From: Bacteroidota bacterium
Lineage (GTDB): Bacteria > Bacteroidota > Bacteroidia > Chitinophagales > BACL12
Direction: 5' to 3'
Assembly: GCA_016706865.1 (NCBI GenBank)
Contig: JADJIS010000002.1
Location: 972,768-1,036,767 of the forward strand
Length of the DNA stretch: 64,000 nt
Positions 50,586 to 59,934 of the stretch are shown here, piece by piece (position 1 is the first letter of the stretch; each line of letters starts with the position of its first letter). The translations under genes and the position numbers were made by a program. A model generated the notes under the pieces. It did no database searches, was not told the origin of the DNA, and worked only from the letters and a program-made list of their open reading frames with translations.

Positions 50586-51492
50586 TGTAAAAAACAGATG
50601 GCCCAATTTTTTAATAGTCGGCACAGCACGTGCAGGTACTACTTCGTTGCATGAATTTCTTGGCAATCATGATGATATTTTTATGCCTCTTCAAAAGGAA
50701 CCATGCTTTTTTACTTTCTTCAATCAGGATCCGCAGTATAAAGATATGCGTCATAGATATACAACTACTATCGATGCCTATCAGGAATTATTTAATGGTC
50801 ATGAGGAGAAAATTGCTGGGGAGTCTTCCACTCCATATTTATATTTTCATGAACAAACAATTTCCAATATAAAAAAACTGGTACCGGAATATAGAAAAAT
50901 AAAAATATTAATTGTTCTGCGTGATCCTTCTGAACGCGCTTATTCGCAATACATGCACAACAGGAGAGATCTTCGGGAACCATTAACCTTTGAAGAAGCG
51001 ATAAAGGAAGAAGAAATTCGGAAAAAAGAAAACTGGCACTTCGATTTTTTTTATACTGATAAAGGATTTTATTATGAACAGGTGAAAAACTATCTCGACA
51101 ATTTTGATGATGTGAAAATTGTATTTTACGACACCCTTGAAAAAAATCCGGATAAATTATTAGAAGATATTTATTCCTTTCTTCAAGTTAAGGGTTCTGA
51201 AAAAAAGGAAATGATAAGAAGAAACCAGAGCGGAGAAATGAAGGTGAAGTGGTTTAAACAAATAATTACAACAAGAAAAAATCCCGTTCTGAATTTTTTT
51301 AGAAAAGGAATGAACAGGGAAACAAAGAAAAAATTACGCAATTGGATCAAAGATAAATTGTTGCGCTACAATCTGAAAAAAACAGAGATGGATCCGAAAA
51401 CGAGACAATTGCTTATTAAAAAATACAAAGAGGATATTTTAAAATTACAAACTATTGTGGAAAGAGATCTGAGCGATTGGCTCAGGGTATAA
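50578..51492 (+). CDS. Sulfotransferase (PAPS-dependent, Sulfotransfer_1/3-like)
   Basis: 5'-PSB loop LIVGTARAGTTSL and 3'-PB motif VLRDPSERAYSQY. TTG start overlaps the flippase stop. Confidence 0.8.
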   Translation: MNDVKNRWPNFLIVGTARAGTTSLHEFLGNHDDIFMPLQKEPCFFTFFNQDPQYKDMRHRYTTTIDAYQELFNGHEEKIAGESSTPYLYFHEQTISNIKKLVPEYRKIKILIVLRDPSERAYSQYMHNRRDLREPLTFEEAIKEEEIRKKENWHFDFFYTDKGFYYEQVKNYLDNFDDVKIVFYDTLEKNPDKLLEDIYSFLQVKGSEKKEMIRRNQSGEMKVKWFKQIITTRKNPVLNFFRKGMNRETKKKLRNWIKDKLLRYNLKKTEMDPKTRQLLIKKYKEDILKLQTIVERDLSDWLRV

Positions 51493-51493
51493 T

Positions 51494-52372
51494 ATGAAAG
51501 AGCTGAAACAAAATTTCATTTGTATAGGTGCGCAAAAAGCTGGCACTACAACCCTGGCAGATATTTTATATCAGCATAGTGAAATTTGTATTCCTCCCAT
51601 TAAAGAAACAAAGTTTTTTTTATTTGATACCGATTATCAAAAAGGCAACTCTTTTTATAATAGTTATTTTACAAATTATCAGGGACAAAAAGCAGTTGGA
51701 GAATTTGACCCTGATTATTTATTGTTCCCATTTACTGCAAAACGCATTGCAGAAACACTTGGCGAAAAAGTAAAAATAATTGTTGTTTTAAGAAATCCTG
51801 CCGACAGGGCATATTCTCATTATCTTATGACCAGGAAAAAAGGGTTGGAGGATCTGGATTTTGAAAATGCAATTTTGGAGGAAAAAAATAGAAAACAGGA
51901 TATCAAAAAACAAAAAATATTTGCATATATAGAAAGAGGGATGTATGGCAAACATTTAAATGAATTTTTAAAAGTATTCCCGCCTGAAAATTTTCTTTTT
52001 TTGGTATTTGAGGAAGATTTTATACAAAACAAAGAAAATACGATTAAAAAGGTCCAGGAATTTTTGAATGTGGCCTATGAAGCCCTGGATATTAATATTC
52101 ATAGCAATGAGGCCGGGGAAGCGCAAAACGAGATTATCAGAGATTTGGTAAGAAAACCTAATTTTGCGAAGAAATTTTTGAAGTTTGTTCTTCCTTCCAA
52201 GGAGGCCAGAAAAAACATAAGAAAATTTTTCATCCGCAAGAATATCCAAAAAGTAGCCAGTCCTAAATTATCACAGGAAGTGAGAAGTAGAATTTTGCTG
52301 ACATATTTTATAGATGATATTCATTTAACAGAACAATTAATAAACCGCAACCTGGGAGTTTGGTATAAATAA
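51494..52372 (+). CDS. Sulfotransferase (PAPS-dependent)
   Basis: ICIGAQKAGTTTL and VLRNPADRAYSHY. Confidence 0.8.
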   Translation: MKELKQNFICIGAQKAGTTTLADILYQHSEICIPPIKETKFFLFDTDYQKGNSFYNSYFTNYQGQKAVGEFDPDYLLFPFTAKRIAETLGEKVKIIVVLRNPADRAYSHYLMTRKKGLEDLDFENAILEEKNRKQDIKKQKIFAYIERGMYGKHLNEFLKVFPPENFLFLVFEEDFIQNKENTIKKVQEFLNVAYEALDINIHSNEAGEAQNEIIRDLVRKPNFAKKFLKFVLPSKEARKNIRKFFIRKNIQKVASPKLSQEVRSRILLTYFIDDIHLTEQLINRNLGVWYK

Positions 52373-52373
52373 A

Positions 52374-53711
52374 ATGGGGATATTAGCACAGGAAAAAGGT
52401 ATATTTAAAGAACCAATATCCGTTTTTGGTAAAACGGTTATATTGATCATATTTATTTTATTTACAACAAGGATTTTAACACGAACCCCACTTGTAGACT
52501 ACTACACTCCATTTGAAATTCTTTGGTATTTATTTATTATCAGTTTTACAGTCGTATACGCTCTCTATATTTTTATGGTGCGTAAAACAATTGATGAAAT
52601 TAACTATTATTATGTAATGATAATTGTTCTTCCGGTCTGGGCAGGACTTGCCGCTGTAATTAGTGAAGGGCAAAATTTCATGATCGGACTTTCTTCGCAA
52701 CGCCATTGGTACGGAATAAGCGGAATTTTCGTAATTATTTACCTGCTGCAAACACGTTTTATTACCATCGGCGACCTCTATAGAGCACTTATTTGGCTTG
52801 GATGGGGAACAATGATTTATTTTATCATGTGTTATTTATTTCTCGACCCAAAAGCTTATCTGGATTATTCTTTTGTTGGATTTAGCGATATTAAAGGTGG
52901 ATATCGATTTAAATTTGGAATTGACTTTATTGCATTCCTTTCAGTATACTATACGGTTAAATATGTTAAACAACGCGATAGAGTAAGTTTATGGTTTTCT
53001 GTAATCAATTTGTCGTATCTCTTTTTCCTCCATCAGGGACGCTCCGTAATGCTTTCCGTTATAGCTACACTTTTTGTATTTTACATGTTTGAAGTGAACT
53101 GGCAGCGAGCAGTCAGGATTTTCACCTCTATTGGAGTTGGATTTCTTGTGATCATGGGTATTATGTATGCCATTATTCCTGATCGGGTAAGTGAATATAT
53201 TTTTCAATATACCAGTTTATTTGCCTTAATTTTTACCGGCGATGTCACGGGAGAAAGTTCTGTTGATGCGCGCATCGAAGAGATAGGTATTTTATTGATC
53301 TATCTGCAGGATTATGCCATCGGCTGGTGGATAGGAGTGGGAAAACTTGGAGCTGAAACTCAAACCTCTTCAGGAGTTAATGATATAACAACGGTTCCTC
53401 CGGGTGATATCGGAATTCTGGGTTCTATTATGACTTATGGAATTCTGGGATCTTTGGTAATTTATTTTCAATTTTTGATCGCGTTCAGAAGCTTTAAATT
53501 TATCAGAAGATATAAACATGAGCCATTTATGATTGCCTCAAAATATTTTTTGATATTTTGTTTTTTATCTTCGTTGGCGAAAGGATATTTATTTATGCAA
53601 CCAGGTTCTACTGCTGTATTTATTCTAATAATTTATGCATATAAATTGTTAGAGGTGCAAATGGATAAACAAGGTTTGCCTGAAACTATAGCACTTAAAA
53701 ATTCATTTTAA
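52374..53711 (+). CDS. O-antigen polymerase/ligase-like polytopic membrane protein (Wzy-like)
   Basis: About 10-12 TM segments with a larger loop in the C-terminal third, plus locus context. Confidence 0.5.
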   Translation: MGILAQEKGIFKEPISVFGKTVILIIFILFTTRILTRTPLVDYYTPFEILWYLFIISFTVVYALYIFMVRKTIDEINYYYVMIIVLPVWAGLAAVISEGQNFMIGLSSQRHWYGISGIFVIIYLLQTRFITIGDLYRALIWLGWGTMIYFIMCYLFLDPKAYLDYSFVGFSDIKGGYRFKFGIDFIAFLSVYYTVKYVKQRDRVSLWFSVINLSYLFFLHQGRSVMLSVIATLFVFYMFEVNWQRAVRIFTSIGVGFLVIMGIMYAIIPDRVSEYIFQYTSLFALIFTGDVTGESSVDARIEEIGILLIYLQDYAIGWWIGVGKLGAETQTSSGVNDITTVPPGDIGILGSIMTYGILGSLVIYFQFLIAFRSFKFIRRYKHEPFMIASKYFLIFCFLSSLAKGYLFMQPGSTAVFILIIYAYKLLEVQMDKQGLPETIALKNSF

Positions 53712-53728
53712 ATTTAAATTTGTAAAGC

Positions 53729-54727
53729 ATGCAATTGATCGACAAGGAAAAAAAAATACTCGTAATTGGATCCCTAAATGCCAATCCTGCCGATAGAGAA
53801 ATTAGTCGTGACAATATTCGTTCTATGCAACTCATTGATGAGGATACTAAAATAGTGCCCGTAAATTTTTTTAATGCATGGGGAGACCTTGGCATGAGTA
53901 GCATGTGTTGGCACGAGAATGATCCTTATGTCCTATATATCGCTTCCAGTAATGAAGTATTTCGTTTTATTTTAAAGGACAACCGGTACGAAAAATTGGA
54001 AATACCCAATCTTACCGATATTCATGAAATTACCATGATCGGAAAATTTATTTGGATATCCAATACAAAACATGATGAAATAGTAAGTTATAATATTGAA
54101 ACAAATTCAATTGGCGAACGCATAAATCTAACAGATTTTAAATCAAACGCTCCGGAAGAGGGTGAAAGTGATGCAGATACGGAAGTAGTGGATAAATTTC
54201 ATTGTAATCTTATTTTCGAAGGGTATGAAGGTGATCTTTATATTTTAGTTCATCATACTTCCGGCCGTCAATTAATGAAAAGAATTGCCCAAAAATTTAT
54301 TAAAAGTCAGGGAAATGGTGGAGTGGTGAATATTTCAAAAAGAAAAAGATTTCCGTTAAATTTTAAGGCTCCACATAGTGTAAGAAAGATAAATAATCAA
54401 TATTGGGTGTTTGACAGCGGACATTTTGAATTAAAAATATTTGATAAGAACTGGAATTTTTTAAGAACTATGGATACCAAAGGTTTTGGAAGAGGAGGAG
54501 ATCTGGATAGCAATAAAAATCTGTATTACGGTGGTGTAAGCGAAACACGAAAAAGATATCTCGGATTGTTTCCGGGTGGTGAAGCCGTTCCCAATATGGT
54601 GCAGGTAATTTCGGTGCCAGATTATAAATTGATTGGCTCTGTTAAAATCCCGAACATTGAACAAATAAACAACGTATATTGTTTGCAAAAAGATGTTGCC
54701 GATCTATTGTTGAACTTTAAAGCATAA
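53729..54727 (+). CDS. Hypothetical protein (no family recognised)
   Basis: 332-aa ORF embedded co-directionally in the polysaccharide locus. No signal peptide or TM segment evident. Confidence 0.5.
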   Translation: MQLIDKEKKILVIGSLNANPADREISRDNIRSMQLIDEDTKIVPVNFFNAWGDLGMSSMCWHENDPYVLYIASSNEVFRFILKDNRYEKLEIPNLTDIHEITMIGKFIWISNTKHDEIVSYNIETNSIGERINLTDFKSNAPEEGESDADTEVVDKFHCNLIFEGYEGDLYILVHHTSGRQLMKRIAQKFIKSQGNGGVVNISKRKRFPLNFKAPHSVRKINNQYWVFDSGHFELKIFDKNWNFLRTMDTKGFGRGGDLDSNKNLYYGGVSETRKRYLGLFPGGEAVPNMVQVISVPDYKLIGSVKIPNIEQINNVYCLQKDVADLLLNFKA

Positions 54728-55687
54728 ATGGAGAACTATAAAACCATATTGCCTACATTTATTGTTGTTGGCGCCAATAAAGGCGGCACAACTTCTATAT
54801 ATCATTATTTAAAACAACATAAACAGGTTTATTTATCCCCTGTAAAGGAACCCCATTTTTTTTCGAAGGATATAGATGTGAATTTATTTAAAAGAGAATT
54901 CGCACAAAATAAATTGCAGGATATCGATAAGTATGTGAACGGCGAAATGAAGGAAGAATTTCATGCTGCTTTCATAAGAGATGTCGAGCAGTATAAAAAA
55001 TTATTTTCTAAAGTACAAGACCAAAAAGCTGTTGGAGAACTAAGCACGTCCTATTTATTTTCAGAAGTAGCAGCAAAGGAAATTAAAGCTTTGATACCTG
55101 ACTGTAAGATCATTATTTGTTTGAGAAATCCTTTCGATAGAGCGTATTCTCATTACAGAATGAATTTGTGGACCGGAAACAGCAACGAATTTGATTTTTA
55201 TAAGGCTTTGGTAGAAGATTATGATTATAAACCTAAAGTTTGGGGTAATGCCCATTTGTATACAGAGATCGGTTTATATTATCAACAGGTAAAACGATAT
55301 TTAGATCTATTTGGTAAGGATAATGTGAAGATCATTTTTACTGAGGATATGAAAAAGAATGCGGCTCAGGTTGTAAAAGAATTATATGAATTTATTGGGG
55401 TGGATAGTTCCTTCGTGCCCGATACCTCTACAAGGTACAATGAAGTATTTACTCCAAAATATAAAAATATTACCTGGTTTCTCAATAAATCAGGTATTCG
55501 GCCGTTGATGAAAAGATTATCACCGCAGGTGCTGAAAAATATTTTTGTAAAAGTATTTTATAAGGGAAAGGGAGAAAAAGGTGAAATACCTGCAAACGCT
55601 AAACAATTTATGTTAGAAAAGTTTTCCGAAGATATTTCCAAGTTATCCGTATTGTTGAACAAAGACCTGTCAAACTGGATTAAATGA
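54728..55687 (+). CDS. Sulfotransferase (PAPS-dependent)
   Basis: FIVVGANKGGTTSI and CLRNPFDRAYSHY. Confidence 0.8.
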   Translation: MENYKTILPTFIVVGANKGGTTSIYHYLKQHKQVYLSPVKEPHFFSKDIDVNLFKREFAQNKLQDIDKYVNGEMKEEFHAAFIRDVEQYKKLFSKVQDQKAVGELSTSYLFSEVAAKEIKALIPDCKIIICLRNPFDRAYSHYRMNLWTGNSNEFDFYKALVEDYDYKPKVWGNAHLYTEIGLYYQQVKRYLDLFGKDNVKIIFTEDMKKNAAQVVKELYEFIGVDSSFVPDTSTRYNEVFTPKYKNITWFLNKSGIRPLMKRLSPQVLKNIFVKVFYKGKGEKGEIPANAKQFMLEKFSEDISKLSVLLNKDLSNWIK

Positions 55688-56736
55688 CCCTAAACATGAA
55701 TCCAAAAGTTTGTATAGTTCTGGTTAATTACAAAACCTGGCAAGATACTATTGAATGCATGGAAAGCATTTTAAAAAGTGATTATCGCAATTACCAGATC
55801 GTTGTTGTAGAAAATGGAAGTGAAGATGAAAGCTGGGAAAAATTTTTAAAATGGGCGCGGGGAGAGGTGAATACCTCCTTGACTGCTGATAATAAATTAT
55901 TAAATTTATCTTGTCCACCGGCGCACAAACCACTTCTTTATTTTAGGGCGGAGTCTGGTGAATCTGATACCATGCGACTGGGTCCCTTGGATGGTATAAT
56001 GCCTATATTATTTATTAAAAGCAAAATAAACCTTGGATTTGCCGGAGGTAATAATACCGGAATGCGTTATGCACTCAACAGTAATTTCGATTATGTTTGG
56101 CTGTTGAATAACGATACTGTGATAGAAAAAAATGCTATTTCCGAACTGGTAAAATATGCAGAAATAAAAAGGCAGGAAAAACAAAATATTGGCATTATTG
56201 GAAGTAAATTAATGTTATATCATAAACCTGAAATTTTTCAGGGCGTGGGCGCTGTTTTTAATAAATATTCAGGAAAATCAAATATTATCGGTGCACAGGA
56301 AAAAGATAATGGACAGTACGATAACGTGGAAATTGAATGTAACTATGTAATAGGTGCATCCATGTTTGTGAGTTCAGCATTTTTATTGGATGTGGGATTA
56401 ATGAGTGAAGAGTATTTTCTGTACAATGAAGAAAATGATTGGAGCGCAAGAGCAAAATTAAAGGGATGGAAAGTTGGTGTGGCAACTCAAAGCAAAGTTT
56501 ATCATAAACAAGGGGCATCCACCGGCAACAGTCCTAAAAAAAGTAAATGGCAACTCAAAGCATTAAATTATAAATACAGAGGAAAAATAAAATTATATAA
56601 AAAATATTATCGCCCTCAGTTATTTTTTTTATATCTTCATCTGATCACAAGAAGTTTAAAATATATTTCAAAAGGAAATATGAGTGAAGCAAAAGTGATC
56701 TATAAGGCCATTTTTAATACCAAATTTGAATCATGA
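55684..56736 (+). CDS. Family 2 glycosyltransferase
   Basis: CIVLVNYKTWQDT.., GFAGGNNTG, LLNNDT (DxD-like). ATGA overlaps at both ends. Confidence 0.8.
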   Translation: MTLNMNPKVCIVLVNYKTWQDTIECMESILKSDYRNYQIVVVENGSEDESWEKFLKWARGEVNTSLTADNKLLNLSCPPAHKPLLYFRAESGESDTMRLGPLDGIMPILFIKSKINLGFAGGNNTGMRYALNSNFDYVWLLNNDTVIEKNAISELVKYAEIKRQEKQNIGIIGSKLMLYHKPEIFQGVGAVFNKYSGKSNIIGAQEKDNGQYDNVEIECNYVIGASMFVSSAFLLDVGLMSEEYFLYNEENDWSARAKLKGWKVGVATQSKVYHKQGASTGNSPKKSKWQLKALNYKYRGKIKLYKKYYRPQLFFLYLHLITRSLKYISKGNMSEAKVIYKAIFNTKFES

Positions 56737-57464
56737 TCATAAGTCACAAACATAAATACATTTTTGTAGAACTGCCACAAACGGCAAGTAGTGCTATTGC
56801 TAAAGAATTGAAAACGAATTACGATGGCCATGAAATTTTATTTAAACATGCACTCTACAGTACCGACTTTTTGAAGAAGGCCACCGCTGAAGAAAAAACC
56901 TTTAAAGTAATTAGTGGATTGCGCAACCCTATGGATATTTGTGTGAGCAACTACTTTAAATTTAAAACCGATCACGAAAACAGATATTCACAACCACGAT
57001 TAATGAAACATGGTTTTTTAAGAAAATATATCATGCGTTGGTGGAATGTGAGACAATACAAATCCATTATTGAAAAAGGAGAAAATTTCGAAGATTTTTT
57101 TATGCGTGCATATAGTTTTCCTTATGCAAGCTGGAGTATAATTGAACATAAACGCATGAATTTTATCATTCGTTTTGAGAATTTGAATAACGACTTTGCC
57201 GAAGCCTTAAAAATTATCGGAGTCGAAAAAGTAAGGGATATACCGGTGGCTAATAAAACCGCTGATAAAACAAAAACATTCTGGGAATACTACGAAAGCG
57301 ACAAAGCAAAAAAACGCGCTAAATATATTTTCGGACCCTATTTAAAACGTTGGAATTACGATTTTCCTGAAAGCTGGAATAATATCAAAGTACCATGGTA
57401 TTCATTTATGATGTATAATTGTATTAATGTGGCGAGGATCGTTTTTTGGAAATACCTTCGTTAA
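56733..57464 (+). CDS. Sulfotransferase family 2-like protein
   Basis: N-terminal YIFVELPQTASSAI resembles the hIPKtgGtS PAPS loop. IIRFENLNNDFAEALKIIG resembles the family-2 C-terminal motif. Confidence 0.5.
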   Translation: MIISHKHKYIFVELPQTASSAIAKELKTNYDGHEILFKHALYSTDFLKKATAEEKTFKVISGLRNPMDICVSNYFKFKTDHENRYSQPRLMKHGFLRKYIMRWWNVRQYKSIIEKGENFEDFFMRAYSFPYASWSIIEHKRMNFIIRFENLNNDFAEALKIIGVEKVRDIPVANKTADKTKTFWEYYESDKAKKRAKYIFGPYLKRWNYDFPESWNNIKVPWYSFMMYNCINVARIVFWKYLR

Positions 57465-57533
57465 TTGATACTTAACAATTGATAATTGACAATGATAGTC
57501 GGCATGATGATTAAGCTTCGGAGGTAATTGATA

Positions 57534-57645
57534 ACTCAGAACTCAAAACTCAGAACTCAGAACTCAAAACTCAGAACTCAGAACCCCGAACTCAGAACCC
57601 CGAACTCAGAACCCCGAACTCAGAACTAAAAATTCAGAACTAAAA
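57534..57645. repeat. Sixteen in-phase heptamers (ACTCAGA and variants ACTCAAA/ACCCCGA/ACTAAAA)
   Basis: Parsed base by base as 16 x 7 = 112 bp with no phase slip. The hierarchy is 21-mers x2, then 14-mers x3, then 14-mers x2. It ends 3 nt before the TTG at 57649. Confidence 0.95.
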
Positions 57646-57648
57646 ACA

Positions 57649-58593
57649 TTGCAAAACCTTCCAACATTTATAATTGTAGGTGCCGTGAAAGCGGGAACAA
57701 CTTCATTGCATGAGTACTTGCAATTGCATCCGGAGGTGTATATGTCGCCGATAAAGGAGACGAATTTTTTTAGTGATGCGGATATGATGTTTGATGATTT
57801 TAATGTGGATTACAAGCAAGATGTATCAATTAATGTAGATAAATTTCTTTCGGGTGATATGGAACATAAAATACATATTGCACATGTAAGAACCTGGGAG
57901 CAATATCAGAAATTATTCAGGAATATTAAAAATGAAAAGGCGATAGGTGAGGTTTCGAATTCGTATCTATATCTTCCATCCACCGCAACAGCAATTAAAA
58001 ATAAACTTCCCGAAGTTAAAATTGTAATGATATTAAGAGATCCTGTTGAAAGATTATATTCTCAGTTTTTAATGAATCTGAAATTGGGAAAAATAAAAGA
58101 AAAGGATCTTTTAAAAGAAATTGAAGCTGATCAGCAAAAACAAAAAAAGGGATGGGGAGTTAGTCATTTATATCTGGAAGTTGGAAATTATTATGAGCAG
58201 GTAAAAAGATATTACGATCAATTTCCCAAAGAACAGATCAAGGTGATCCTATTTGATGATTTTAAGAAAGATGCGAAAGGAACAATGAAGGATCTTTTTA
58301 AATTTTTAGGAGTGGATCCAGAATTTGAACTCGACATGAGCAAACGATATAATGAAGCCGGAATGCCGCGATTTGGGAAATTAAATTATTGGCTCACACA
58401 GATAGGTGTCTATGGCTTGGTAAAAAGAATTTTCCCTCCGGACCTAAAAAACAAAATAAAGGGATTGATCTACTCACAGGAAAACATACCAAAGATCACG
58501 GAGGCAGAAAAAAATCATCTTAAAGCATATTACCGTGAAGACCGGGCAAAACTCGCATCATTGATAGGCCGCGATCTCAGCAATTGGGACTGA
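57649..58593 (+). CDS. Sulfotransferase (PAPS-dependent)
   Basis: FIIVGAVKAGTTSL and ILRDPVERLYSQF. N-terminus is collinear with the 54728 paralog. TTG start. Confidence 0.8.
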   Translation: MQNLPTFIIVGAVKAGTTSLHEYLQLHPEVYMSPIKETNFFSDADMMFDDFNVDYKQDVSINVDKFLSGDMEHKIHIAHVRTWEQYQKLFRNIKNEKAIGEVSNSYLYLPSTATAIKNKLPEVKIVMILRDPVERLYSQFLMNLKLGKIKEKDLLKEIEADQQKQKKGWGVSHLYLEVGNYYEQVKRYYDQFPKEQIKVILFDDFKKDAKGTMKDLFKFLGVDPEFELDMSKRYNEAGMPRFGKLNYWLTQIGVYGLVKRIFPPDLKNKIKGLIYSQENIPKITEAEKNHLKAYYREDRAKLASLIGRDLSNWD

Positions 58594-58641
58594 TTCCCAT
58601 GGGTTTAACCCGATTATTTTGGTTATTTCAGGCTTTGTCCG

Positions 58642-58649
58642 TACCTTTG
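58642..58649 (+). promoter_or_regulatory. Bacteroidota-type -7 promoter box upstream of rpsP
   Basis: TACCTTTG lies about 77 nt upstream of the rpsP ATG. Confidence 0.5.
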
Positions 58650-58725
58650 CGCTCCAATCTCAACCCCTCCGTTCATCGGAGTTGATCTGAGACTTTTATT
58701 AACTTAAAAAAATACATGTTTTAAC

Positions 58726-59385
58726 ATGGCTACTAAAATCAGATTACAGCGTCACGGTAGAAAAAAAGCGCCTTTCTATCATATTGTTGTGGCAAACGTA
58801 AATTCTCCGCGCGACGGAAAATTTATCGAACGTTTAGGAACTTATAACCCTACAACCGTTCCAGCGCAAATTACCCTTAACGTTGATAAAACCGTTGATT
58901 GGATGCAGAAAGGCGCTCAGCCTACTACAACTGCCAATGCAATTTTGCGTTACAAAGGTGTTTTATACAAAAAACATTTATTACGTGGTGTGGCAAAAGG
59001 TGCTTTTACTTTGGATGTTGCCGAAACTAAATTTCAGGAATGGATCAAATCTCACGAAGGTGCGGTTATGGACCATGTGAAAAAAGTGGAAGATAGCATT
59101 GCTACTAAAAAAGCTGCTGAAGTTGCCCGTATCAATACAAAACGCCTTGAAGAAGCATCCAAAAAAGCTGCTGCTGCAAAAGCAATTGCTGATGAGGCTG
59201 CCGCTGAAGTTGCAACAACTGAGGTATCTAACGAGGTAGAAACTGCAGAAGTGGAAACACCTGAAGTGGAAAATACTGTGGTTGAAACTTCTGAGGTTGT
59301 TGATAATGTTGAAAATACAACAGAGGAAGCAGCGCCTGATGCAGTGGAAAATACCACCGAAGAAGAAAAACCAAACGAGCAATAA
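58726..59385 (+). CDS. rpsP: 30S ribosomal protein S16 with a long acidic C-terminal extension
   Basis: MATKIRLQRHGRKKAPFYHIVVA.. core of about 85 aa, followed by a tail of about 130 aa rich in A, E, V and T. Confidence 0.93.
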   Translation: MATKIRLQRHGRKKAPFYHIVVANVNSPRDGKFIERLGTYNPTTVPAQITLNVDKTVDWMQKGAQPTTTANAILRYKGVLYKKHLLRGVAKGAFTLDVAETKFQEWIKSHEGAVMDHVKKVEDSIATKKAAEVARINTKRLEEASKKAAAAKAIADEAAAEVATTEVSNEVETAEVETPEVENTVVETSEVVDNVENTTEEAAPDAVENTTEEEKPNEQ

Positions 59386-59895
59386 TTGGTGGGTGACGAA
59401 CTGACAGAGATCGGTTTCGTTATAAAAACCCACGGTGTGAAGGGTCAGCTTCGTATTGCTTTCAATGAAAATATTAAAGAGCTTTCGGTTTCGGAAGCTC
59501 TTTATTTTTTGGTGAAAGGTGTAAAAATGCCCTATTTTATTAAGCAGATCGAATATTTTAAAGACGGTGATGCACTTGTGCAGGTAGAAGAAATTACCAA
59601 TAAGGAGGACGCAGAATATTTTACTAAAAAACCTGTTTTCGGAAGTAAAACTTATCAATTATCGGAAGATGAGGAAGAAGTAACTCCCTTTTTAGGTTAT
59701 CAGGTTGTGGATGAAATTGCGGGTGAAATTGGAGGGGTGATAGGCTATTCAGATATGGGAGATTACGAATTAATTGAAGTAAATTTTAATGGTAAGGATA
59801 TTATGATCCCCATTCATGAGGATATTATCATCTCCATTGATGAAGAAAAGAATACACTTTACCTCCGGATCCCCGACGGATTACTGGACCTTTGA
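59386..59895 (+). CDS. rimM: 16S rRNA processing protein RimM
   Basis: IGFVIKTHGVKGQLRI.. plus a PRC barrel. TTG/GTG start at 59386/59389. Confidence 0.88.
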   Translation: MVGDELTEIGFVIKTHGVKGQLRIAFNENIKELSVSEALYFLVKGVKMPYFIKQIEYFKDGDALVQVEEITNKEDAEYFTKKPVFGSKTYQLSEDEEEVTPFLGYQVVDEIAGEIGGVIGYSDMGDYELIEVNFNGKDIMIPIHEDIIISIDEEKNTLYLRIPDGLLDL

Positions 59896-59934
59896 AATGT
59901 TTGCGACCCTTACTGTCGTTATTAAATCTCTCAT

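Noticed and set aside
1619-54688. The many 60-140-aa ORFs in the track that lie inside, antisense to or out of frame with larger genes (for example 3520-3942, 6551-6835, 8845-9174, 9213-9506, 24130-24459, 39269-39589, 42372-42683, 48389-48694)
   Set aside because: All are embedded in longer ORFs that have clear family motifs. They show low-complexity composition typical of shadow frames in AT-rich DNA.
58981-59658. 225-aa and 101-aa minus-strand ORFs antisense to rpsP/rimM
   Set aside because: They are shadow ORFs created by the GAA/GCT-rich acidic tail of S16. They are Phe/Cys/Ser-rich low-complexity sequence that fully overlaps well-supported genes.
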